From Thalia democratica (Eukaryota), in the NCBI GenBank assembly GCA_965202585.1, contig CBDBBG010000218.1, positions 1-64,000 of the forward strand: a stretch of DNA of 64,000 bases. Direction: 5' to 3'. The notes beneath the pieces were generated by a model. The model made no database searches. It was not told the DNA's origin and saw nothing but the letters and a program-made list of their open reading frames with translations. Shown one piece after another: positions 12,500 to 23,487 of the stretch. Position 1 is the first letter of the stretch. Each line of letters opens with the position of its first letter. The translations under genes were made by a program, and so were the position numbers.

Positions 12500-12870
12500 G
12501 ACCGTACAAATATACAAACGTACATTTGTTTGGCAGTTACGCTACTCACGGTCCATTTGACAGAAAAAGGTGGCCTTCAAGAAAAAAGGCCGTGGAGAAA
12601 AAGGGAAAAGGAAAAATGTGAAAAATTTCGCGGAGCCGGCGAAATGCCTTAAAAAAATTATTTTAAATAATCTTCATCAAAAATTTCCCATCGATTTTCG
12701 GTTTGGGGGATTCCCCATATTGAAAAAATGGGTGGCGGGCCGTAAAATTTATCGCGTACCTTGTGCGGGTGGTGCGTACTCTTTAAAGAAAACCTATAGT
12801 TGCAACAGAAAAGGTTCTATTAAAAAACTAGTGCGTACTCCTTAAAATGCGTACCTTAGAGATGTATTTA
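12500..12870 (+). promoter_or_regulatory. CpG-rich putative promoter, probably of UTP14 (also 40467-40837)
   Basis: Local GC/CpG enrichment and four same-orientation GCGTAC motifs (12754, 12774, 12833, 12849). CpG-depleted DNA begins abruptly just downstream. Assignment to UTP14 is inference. Confidence 0.4.
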
Positions 12871-15800
12871 TTTTGTTAAAACCACACACTTAATGGTTAT
12901 GGTTTAGAGAGCCTAAATTTAATGAATATAGTTTCAGATATTACATCATCCTACTTAGTTACCTAATATTTTACAAATACATAGAAAACAGTTCATCAAT
13001 ATCATAGATAAGTGTACTTTTTTATGACAAAATGTACCAAATAAAAATAGAAAGAATAATATGAGTCTAAATGTGTACATTGACAAATCTATTTATATGA
13101 TTGAACTGTATCCTATGTATATTTAAACAACAGTCACTTAACTTGCTTATGTAAATTGATTTTAATTAGTAACCTTTTCAAAACAGTATAAATCTTAAAT
13201 TTTTCAATATTAGATAAATGCTTGAGATTAGACTAAACAGTTTAAAGTTTTTTAATTTGAGTAATAACTGTAAATTTGTTTAACTTCGATTCTATACTGT
13301 TACAGTATATCATTTTACTTGTCATCATCTTACATAAGCTAAAGTTTTCCATGACAGTTAAGTTTGTCTCAATATTGTGTGTTTCTTTAAGTGTGCATAG
13401 AAATTAAAGGAGCTTGATGTTTTGAATTTATCATCTCAATACATTGTTACAAACTAAAACAGTTAAACCACACTACTTTGTGTCAATAACATATGTAGTT
13501 CTTTTCAAAGTTTTTCAAATGCTTGCATCTTAAATACTCTGCATTTAACACCATTTAACTAATATTTATATTGTTCCAAAATTTAGTCTTTACATTTGTC
13601 ATATACATAAAAAACAGTACAGCAAGTTGTTGTCAAAAGCTTATTAGTGCAAACATATGAACAAAAGAAGTTGTTGATAGATAAAAGAAGAGAAAGAAGT
13701 TAATGATAGAAGAATAGAAAAATTAAACAAAGGTAAGAACAATCCTCATACACATATGAATTAACAACTTTTAAATTTTGCTTGCTGTGAACTGCTTTGT
13801 AAATATATGAATGTAAGCTTAAAATTTTGGAACTTTTTTTACTAGCAAACTTAATCCTCATATGGTTCAACTGTTTTCTTTCGTAAAAAATTTTATTAAT
13901 AATAACAATTTGTTTTATAATTACTCTTGCCTAACATGTTTCATGCACACTTTGAAAAGTACTTTTTATTACAAATTATTAATCTATGAACACATAAACT
14001 ACATTAATACAACCAGAATTTAAATTTTATGCTGTAAATAAACTTCTACACTTAGCTTGCTGTCTCTTTGGGCTTCATTCATGAATGCAACACTTCTTTA
14101 TACAAGCTTGTAAAATTTAACACAAGTGCTGCTACTTTTTAATGATTTTATTTATTCCCTTATTTAAGTTTTCTTTTAAGGTAACCTAGCAATTTTAGGA
14201 GAATGAAGCCCAACACGACAAATATATGTTTATGGTATAAGCCAAGTTTACAACTCCATGAATAGAAAGTGCTAGTCTGAATTTGTGCAAAACTTAAATA
14301 ACATCTAAAGCTTAATGTTACTCAAGGATGAGCACTCAAAAAATTTTTAAGTGACAAAAGGACTCACCAATTAACAAGTAGAAAATATAATTTTTTAAGA
14401 TTTATTATAATATCCTATAATATTTAATTTTGTTAGAGACTCAACTAGTCTGGCTGCTTGAAATAGCAAAAAATACTAAGTTTTGCACAAATTAAAACAA
14501 TCTAATTAACTATTAAACAAACTAACCTCAACAGCTGCTGTAGTAGGTACTCATCATCCAATCAGAATCCAAAGAAGTGTGATCTGAACTCTGCATGTAG
14601 GAAAAAGTCACAGTAACAACGTATAAAGACAAAGGATTTGAAACAAGCTCAGAAGTTTTAAAACTTTACTGAGGTTCAAAAGACTTTCAAAAAGATTTTT
14701 TTGAGCTTTTTTCTACCCAGTTCACTTTACAATGGTGTTTCAAAGATTAAAAAAACTGAGATGCAAAATTTCAAAGCCTCTTGATGATCTTTTTTAGCAT
14801 GATGTAAGTGCATTCTTAACATGTCATGCTTGTAAATATAAAAGTGCTTTATATGATGAATTAGAAGATAAAGTAAAGAGTCATTTCAAAGGTTTTGCAT
14901 AAGAAAAACAATACAGATTATCAACATAAACTTTCAAGACTGTTGATTCCCAAACTAGGTCTTAAACTTACACTCACTCAGTGAAGAAAAATAAGAATTA
15001 TAGAAGATAAAATGAGCAACAATTATCAAGTTTTATCTTCAACAGTATTGATAATCAAATAGAGTTTGCTTAAGTATTCCACAAAGCTCACATAAACAGC
15101 ATAAAAAAAGAAAAAAAAGTAAAAATTTACACCTACAGCATCCAGAGCTCTTACTACTACAAGTGCTTTTCTCAAAAGAATTTTCATTGAAAAAAATTAT
15201 TTTCTAAAATACTATTTTAGTGTGATGTCACAATAAAATGTAAGAATTTACAGAATTTATCAAAAACTACAAGTTGAAACACTATGTTAGCATAGCAGGG
15301 TGGTTTTTAGCTTTTTTGAACATAAAGTACTTTACATAACTTTATTTCTACCTTTTTTACTGCATTAGTGATAGTTGGTTAAACGTATTGTTTAATATTT
15401 AAGCTACAGTAATTCATTATGCTCATATAAATTACATTGACAACTTTATTTAAGTATATGAATTAAGTATTTAACTCTAAACTTTACGAAATTGTTTTTT
15501 ATTTGTTTTTAAGATGTTTAACACCTAACAATTTGTATAAGATTTAATATATTTAGCTTAAAGCCTTTAATTTCATCAGGTTACATTTAACTTTTTCAAA
15601 CTCATTTCAGTAATAATTTAGTTCGAATCGTTTTGCCATGTTTGCCAAAACTACTGAGTTTTTGTAGTCATTGATGTAACAACTTTTTAAAGCAGGTAGA
15701 AAACAAAAAGCCATATTGTTCATAGTGAGTGAATGCTAAATAAAGACACAATTAACAAAATATTTTTGTATGACTGTGAAAAATAACTACTTATATTTGA

Positions 15801-16697
15801 GTGAAACATATTTTATATCAAACAAAACCATCATTACATTATGATATTTCAAGTTCAGTTTTAAGCCACAAAAATGATAAGTTTAAATTTTTCTAAAGTC
15901 TTTATTTGTTTTAATTAACTAAATAAGTATTGATATAATACTGCTGTAAAAACTTCTTATGTTGCTAGACTAAATTGTATCTTAGAACTTAGTCTAGTTT
16001 TGGAAAGTTATGAACATTAACTACTTGTGAACTGTATTTAAAATGTTTCATATATATGAACTTTAGTGCTTATAACTACTTAAATTAATCTTTACTAAAT
16101 TAAGTCTTTGAAGCATGCAAACCATACAACTATTTATATGAATATCTTAAAGTACAAATTAATTTAAGTAAACAGAAAAATTTCATCAAGGTACCCAACA
16201 CAAGTAAAAGCTTAGTATTAACAATATTGTTAAACTTCTAACAGAAAATATATTAAAATCAACTAAATCTCATCACCAAAAAACCTTATATGAACTGAGC
16301 AAGCCTATATGGTATTATGAGAAGGCTGATCTGAAGAAAACATCTAGTTTTGAAAATGCAATTCCTTCTGAAACCGAGTTAAGATATAGGAGTGAGGAAC
16401 CCAAGATCATACAATAATTTTTGTAAGTGATTTTTATTAATTATTTTATTCTATCACAAGTCAAAGTTTATTTTTGAAAAGGGCTGAAATCTTTCAGTTT
16501 AAAATTCTTTGAATAGATTATGATTCTAAGTTATTCACAAGCTTGTAGCCAATTAGAAAGTGTGTTATTAGTTTTAGTTGTATGAACATTTATTCTGAAT
16601 AAGAATATGTAAAAGTTAGTCCATTTTTGACCAAAATAACAATTTGTAATTCTTTGCCCCTAAGGTAAAAAAAAAATAAACTCTTTAAATTGTAAAG

Positions 16698-19600
16698 GAG
16701 GAGGAAGAGAAGCAAGCCACTAACAAAAGACGCAGGACTTTGGTTGACGGTCCGGTGTTAAATGAAAGTGACACTGCTTTTGGTGACATATTTGAAGAGG
16801 GAAATGTTAAAGGTAGGCGATTTAATTGTTTATATACTAATAGTTTTCGTTATTATAGATTGCATAAATATATGCAAACAGATAATTTATAAAATGTTGT
16901 TGTCAATATAAACTTTTATTTGTTTCATTGCTTACTTTTTTTGTTGTAGTAGTCTTCATAACTTTTTTACTAATATTATAGAATTTCAGAATTTATTACA
17001 TTTAAAATGTACATTTAACTTTTATGTTTTCATAAATTTTAAGATATTTAGATCCTTATCATGTTTTCATTAATTTACATAAATAAGCAAAATTCTTTCA
17101 TATTTAAGGGCATAGGGTGATAAATCACCTTTTCACAATTTAGTCTTATTTTATTGAGTTTTAACTAAGCTTCAAGTTGCTTTTTACATGTTTTTAAAAC
17201 TCAGAAAAATCTTTGAGATACAGCAGGTCAAAGTCAGAAGCAACAATTGGTTACTTATGGGGGGCGCAAACTAAAACAACAAATAACTAGAAATCACTAA
17301 AAATTCATCTTCTACGTTTTTTAAGATAACTACCTCAAATTTTTAGGAAATGGTTCTTGCAATATTTAGAAAACTTTGTCAAAAGAAAATTTGAAGAAAT
17401 TAAAAAAATAAAAATTTTATGATAAAAAACAAAACTGTTTTTGCGGTTATAGTTTGCACCCCCCATAAGGAACCTATTGTTGCCCCTGACTTTGGCCTGC
17501 TATATCTCAAATAATATTTAAACTTTAAAAATCTGTAAAAAGCATTTTGTAGCTTATTTAAAACTCTTTAAAATAAGACTAAATTGTGAAAATAGTGAAT
17601 AACCCCCCTATGCCCTTAATTCATTTTTGTGTATAGGTTTTTTGAAGCTTGGTTCTTACTTCATTCCAAATTTTGGTTTTTTTTTCAATAAATTAATGTT
17701 ATCACCAAATGAGTTTTTCTGGTTTCCTTTAATTTAGTCTTGCTTTATTGAAAAAATAAAATACTATTTTATAAATTTAAATTAATTAAACATTTTAAAT
17801 AGAATGTTTTGAAACTATGTGCTTATGATTTAAGGGCATAGGGGGTGGTCACCTTGATTTTTACAAGTTGATTTTATTTTATACAGTTTTATCTGCGCTA
17901 TCAGTCATTTTTAATCGCTTTAATAAACTCAAAGTAATTTTTGATATAAAAGCAATCAAAGTCGGTGATGTTAATAAGTTTCTGATGGAAAGCACAAACC
18001 AAAACCGCTTTTTCAAAAATAAAATTTTCATAAAAAAAAAAACTTTTTTTCTTTTTTTTTATTCTAAAAATTATATTTTTTCATATTTTGAAAATTGCAA
18101 CATTTAAAGCCTTTTAAACTATAAAATGATCGTTTCCTGAAAGTCTGATGTCTCTAGCTCAAAAAATAAAGAAGAAGATAGATTTTTAGTGGTTTTTCAA
18201 ATTTCTGAGAATATTGAATACAAAAAATTGCGGTCTAAACGTATTATCAGAAGCTTTATACAAAGATTACAATATATTAAAAGTTAAATATGATTTTTTA
18301 ATTCTATAAAAACTGGCTTGTAGTACGTACTTTCATATGTGGCTTTCATATAAGATCCAATGTTATTTTTAGTAAAAATAATCGTCAGACACTACCCTAT
18401 GCCCTTAAACTTGTTTATCATAGTTCAAGAACGTTAAAACAAATATTATTTTATAGTTTGTTAAACGATACTAACTTTTCAGAACTAAACTTTAACTAAG
18501 CTATGTTTTCTTCTATTTTAGAAAATAATTCAATTAGTTTGTTTAATTAATCTTATTGCTTTTTTATATAGCAAGTTTTTGACTGTAAATGATAAATAAG
18601 TGTAAATTAGACTAAACACAAAACCTAATCTAAGAACACTATTAATTACAAAAGTTTAATCATTTAAAGTTGTAAAGTAATTAAGTTTAAGAAGTTTCTG
18701 TTAAAAAGTTATCCTCTTATATGTATAATAAAACAGTGGTAAGTGTTTTAGTTGAATATTTAAAGAAATTCAGTTACTATTTACTTTTTAAAATTTGATG
18801 AATATAATTTTTCGTCCTTTAACAAATAAAAAACCTTGAGTTTAGAATTAACTTTCTTATTTTCAGGCGACCAAATGAAAAGAAAGATGGAGATGCTTGA
18901 AAAGAACAAGAAAACGTTGCAGGCCGAACCGAGCAAGCCGGAGTCGAAGCGCATCCAGATGAGGGCGCTCGCCATCAAAAACAACAAGGAGGCTTCCAAG
19001 TGGGACGATCACGCCCAGCTGATGTGGCGGGAAGACCACATAATGTTCCCGCCAAAACAGAAGCCGCTGAGGAGCAACTACCTGGGAAAGATGGGGGCAA
19101 ACTCGAGAGGTGGGGTTTTAGTTGTATGGATTTTTTATTTTGAATATTCTTTTTAAGGTATTATAAGTTTATGGAACTAGAATTTACGCTGATTTTTGTA
19201 ATTTAAACAGTTTATTACTACAAATAACTTTGCAGGCATTATAGTAAGCTATTTTTAATGATTTTTTGAGATTAGGTCGTTCAATATGCTTAAAAATGAA
19301 CTATAGCACTTTACTTTAAACTTTTTAATTTGAGTATATCTTTATCATGTGAACCTATATTATTAGTAAGTAACTTAAATTGTCGGAATTTCAAAAAAAA
19401 AACTATAATTACAACTACTCAAAAGCTTATACTGTGCGCATTTATTTCTCGGTTGTCTAATAACTTTTACTCCAATACACGCAGTCACAACAGCCAGGAA
19501 GCCGGTTTGCGATTTGGAAGCCCAACTGATGGCAACGTACGGTCCGAAAGATAAGGAAATCGACCACGGCAGGTATGTATACGTAGCGCATTTGTAATAA

Positions 19601-22600
19601 ATATACATGTGTGTTATGAGTAGTAGGGTGCATGACTATTTAAATTCTTGATTTATTTTAAGTTCCTTTTTTAGTGGTTTTTTATGTAATACAATGTTTA
19701 CCGATCTTATGTTTTTTATCAATTTAAACCGGACAACTTTAAACAAATTGTTTCACAAGGTGGCGGGGACTGACACTAAGGGACAAGGAGGCGCTAGAGA
19801 GGATGTCCGAGCAGGAAGCGAGGGAGAGGCTGAAGCAGCTGCAGAAGAACAGGGTCTTCATGGGAAGGATGCAGCAGATGTACAAGAGGACCAAGAAGAT
19901 CAAAAGCAAGAACTTCAGGAGGGTGCAGAGAAAGAAGAAAGAGAAGGTTCGAATATATAATTTCATAAATCAGTTTCACTTTTTTATAATTATTTATTGG
20001 AACAATATAAAGGTCATTTTGTTGTTTAATGGTCGAAAAGTATTTTTTATAAAGAAATTTTGAAAGATAAAGTTGTTTGTTCTGTTATTAAGTTTTAAAT
20101 GACTGAGTGAAATTTTTATGAACAAAAAACCATTGTTTTATTAAAAATATCTGAGCAAACATAGTTTTAAAAATACAATTTATTTAAAGTAATTACTACT
20201 GATTTAATATTTTTAATGGTAATTTAAAAAATTATAGTAAATTATAAAGATCCAACATTTAGAAAAAAAATCAACAGGAGCAGCAGAAGTTGAAGGAGCT
20301 GCAAGGGAGCGACGAGGAAGATCAGGAAGACGAGGAAGAGGAACACATGAGAGCGAGAGCCAAGGAGAGGGCTACGTTGGCTCACCGGGGGCAGGGAAAA
20401 TGGCACAAGAACAAGGTTGGGTTGTAATCTATTTAGGTGTAATTAAGTTATTCATATTCTTATGTTAGTCATTAGCAATTTTATCATGACGGGATAATGC
20501 AGAAGAACAAGGTGAATTTTGCAATGTAATTTTAAATAAATACAACGATGTTAGTGGTTAGAAACTTTATTCTAAATAGAAGTTAAGTAACAAACTAAAT
20601 AATTACTTCAAAATTTAAAATGGTTTATGCATAAGTTTTGTAACAAAATTCAAAATTTAAGGCGAAGATTGCCAAATACAATGAAGACGTCAGGGAAAAG
20701 ATGAACGCCGAAGCCGACCGGCACAAGGAACTTATGAAGAAGAGAAAGGTGTGTTACAATAATAAATGTATTTATAATTTCTTAAATAAAATGATAAGTA
20801 TAAAATGTGTTTGGTTTGTTTGGTGTTTATCGCATCAATTGATTTGATGGCTCGTTCAAAATGTTTATGAAGTGTTTGTTGAAGTTTAAAAAATAACGTA
20901 AAGGTTCTTTATTCAATGGAGTTAGAAAGTTTACTTAAAAAAATTTATCAGGTTGAGAGTGACAGCAGTGAATCGGAGGAAGACGACGACGATGAAGGAG
21001 AAAATGACAATGTTCAGCAAGAGGTTGTGAAACCGCTGAAGTCTGATAACAAGTGGCTGGCAGCTGAACAAGATGACAGTGAAGAGGCTGAAGGTTTGTA
21101 TTTGTTCTTGTTTGTTTAATAAGAACAATTAATTAGAAAGTTTAAAAAATTATTTGCAATTTAACTTTGAAACTAAAACTTTACAGCCAATTTTAGTTTT
21201 TTTAGAATCAGTTATTTTACATCTGAAAATTCTAATTTTTAACAGATTAAAGTTAAATTTAAAGGCTATGTCCAAGTTTTTATAATCTGTAAATAATAAA
21301 ATACTCGAATGAAATTTAAAACTTTCATTAAAACCAAAAAGGTCAAGAAGAAGCAGACAATCATGCTCAGGACAGCGAAGCGTTAAGGAACGAGCAAAAG
21401 TTCACCAGCGCGTTGGAATCACTGAAATCCTTGCAAGCAGCAGAGGAGGTGGTGAAGGCGGCCAGGGAGAAGCAGGAAGCCGAAGAGAAGGAAGAAAACA
21501 CGGTGATGGTGCAAGTTGAGACGGAGGAGGCCGGTTTGGACGGAGAGGGGGAAACGAAGATGGTGGCTGTGGAAAGGAAGGTTTGTTATGATGACGATAA
21601 GGAAATATTAATTTGTATAAATTAAATCTTAAAAAAAATAAACTTTGTTGTTCAAACTAATAAATGTATAATTTCTTCTCTAAAAGTTGAGACATCTTTG
21701 TTTGTTTTCTTAAAATCAAAACACATAACAACAAACGTATTCATGATTCTCAAACGTGATAGTTTCAATTCAGCGACTTGTTTGTTTTTTGTAACAAGTG
21801 ATTCAGCAGGAGGAAGTGTTGAAGCCGGTGAAGTTGCGCGACGGTGAAGAGGAGCTGATCGTCGTGGGAGGAGGGAAGGAGGTTGAGGAAGACGTGGACG
21901 ACCTCATGAACGATTTCGTTCCGGGTGAGTGCTTTTTATATTAAATATCTTATCTGTCTTTTTGAAGTTAAATTATAAACTTTACAACGTTTAAATACGA
22001 TGAAATTTTAAAAATGTTTCAAAAAATTGTTTAACTTCAATTTAGAATGACTTTTTCTAGAAATCTTTCCTTGATTTTTCACTTGCCCCCAATTTACCAT
22101 ATTTTTTGGTAAAACCCATACATGATGTTCAATTTTTTTCCACAGACAAGAACGCGGGGTTGATCGAGGAGGCGTTCGAGGAGGACGACGTGTGGGGGGA
22201 GCACGAGAAGGAGGAGGAGCGGAAGAGGGAGAAGGAGATGATGGAGCTGGACATGCCGGGGTTCGGTACCGGGTGGGCGGGGGAAGGGATCACCCAGAAG
22301 AAGAAGAAGGCCAAGGTTGTTTGGTTGCAGATTGATTAGAATATGATTATTTTTTTATATTTTTCTTGATATGTTGTAAGATTTTTATTATCACGGCAAT
22401 TGTTTTGAGAACTTTATATTTATTTTTGACACCTTTGTCAAATAAAGTATTCAAGTTAAAAAGAGTAAAGTTCGCATTGCATGAATTACAGAACGAAAAA
22501 ACAATCGAATAAATAGTTTTTGTTTAAAATTAAGTTTTTCAAATGTTGTTTTATGTTGTAGAAGAGGAAGATGAGGGATGTGGAGAAAGAGAGGAAGAGC

Positions 22601-23438
22601 TTCGCGTGGATCCCGACCAAACACAGAGATCTCGGTTTGACCAAGATGCAGGTTTTTATTGAGTTCTTGATGTATATGGCTGGGGTAAAATTATTTGTTT
22701 CTCATTTAGAAGTTGCTGAAATAGCTACAATGTGCGCATCAAAGCTTTTTTTTTATTAATTTTGTTTTATGCTTATTATTATTTTATTATTAAAACTATT
22801 ATATATTTAATTATAAGCTAGTTCTAAAAGCTCCTTTTTGCCATCATAACAAACAAACGTAAACAAACCAACGCGCAAACAGGTGCAGCAGATACCGTGG
22901 GAGTACCACAGGGACGTCCCCGCTTTCGAGAGGTCACTGGACTACCCAGTGGCGAGGCAGTACAACACGGCTCTCTCGCTCAAGAAGATCAACCGGCCCA
23001 AGATCGAGACTGTTTCAGGTATGCACGTTGTATTTGTGTTTAGTAAATAATCTAAAAAGGTTGAAAAAATATCTAGTGTCGAGCACATTCGTTGCGATAC
23101 AGTGTCAACTAGTAGATTACGGCCGGTTCCAAACATTTTTTTTTTCTGTTTACAATTTAAACACATTAAAGTTAGTTTTAGATAACGAAAATTACTCTTG
23201 TCAAAATAAAAATTAATGATTATCAACAAACAAGCAAACGAAGGCTTGCTGAACCTACGACCCTGACAAAGGAAATTAGATTAACAAACTTTTTACAGGC
23301 AAGTTCATCAGTCCAATGCACCCGGATGTAGTGAAGGTGGACGTTGGTCAGAGTAGAAGGAGGAAACAGCAGAAACTGCAGTTTGGCATGACCAAGAAGC
23401 AAAAGCATTATAAGAGGGTGGGAGAGCTCGGAAAGTAA
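16698..23438 (+). CDS. UTP14: U3 snoRNA-associated protein 14 (SSU processome), copy 1; 13 exons, first (ATG) exon not located
   Basis: Manual GT-AG splicing gives one open frame of 630 aa plus TAA. Exons: 16698-16812, 18867-19109, 19485-19572, 19760-19946, 20278-20415, 20662-20748, 20952-21093, 21342-21580, 21807-21924, 22146-22315, 22562-22651, 22883-23018, 23299-23438; all phases agree. Utp14-like motifs in the expected order: SKWD..MFP, KKIKSKNFRRV, ERATLAHRGQGKW, IEEAFEEDDV, DMPGFGTGWAG, FERSLDYPVARQYNT..KINRPKIETVSGKFISP. Confidence 0.93.
17108..17615. mobile_element. Non-autonomous foldback MITE with ~175-bp imperfect TIRs and TTAA TSD (Kolobok-like termini)
   Basis: TTAA|GGGCATAGGG...CCCTATGCCC|TTAA. 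The arms stay complementary (~80% by eye) for ~175 bp. Lies in the UTP14 intron 16813-18866. Confidence 0.85.
17834..18404. mobile_element. Second MITE with the same GGGCATAGGG termini and TTAA TSD but unrelated interior
   Basis: TTAA|GGGCATAGGGGGTG...CACTACCCTATGCCC|TTAA. Confidence 0.85.
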
Positions 23439-23481
23439 AAACTAAGAAAACAGTAGATTTGTCTTTTTTTTGATGTTAGAA

Positions 23482-23487
23482 AATAAA
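23482..23487 (+). promoter_or_regulatory. Candidate polyadenylation signal of UTP14 (also 51452-51457)
   Basis: AATAAA ~45 nt after the TAA stop, followed by T-rich sequence. Confidence 0.45.

Noticed and set aside
12570-12845. 91-codon Lys-rich ORF (MAFKKKGRGEK...) as the UTP14 N-terminus
   Set aside because: It starts at GTG directly after an in-frame TGA, has no ATG and no clear donor linking it to 16698. It is better explained by promoter composition.
14770-15190. Alternative genetic code (TAA/TAG = Gln) opening this frame
   Set aside because: Both UTP14 and the CUB exon end in TAA followed by an immediate shift to UTR-like composition, so TAA is a stop in this genome.
18781-23408. Minus-strand and off-frame ORFs overlapping UTP14 exons
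   Set aside because: Shadow ORFs produced by purine-rich coding exons.
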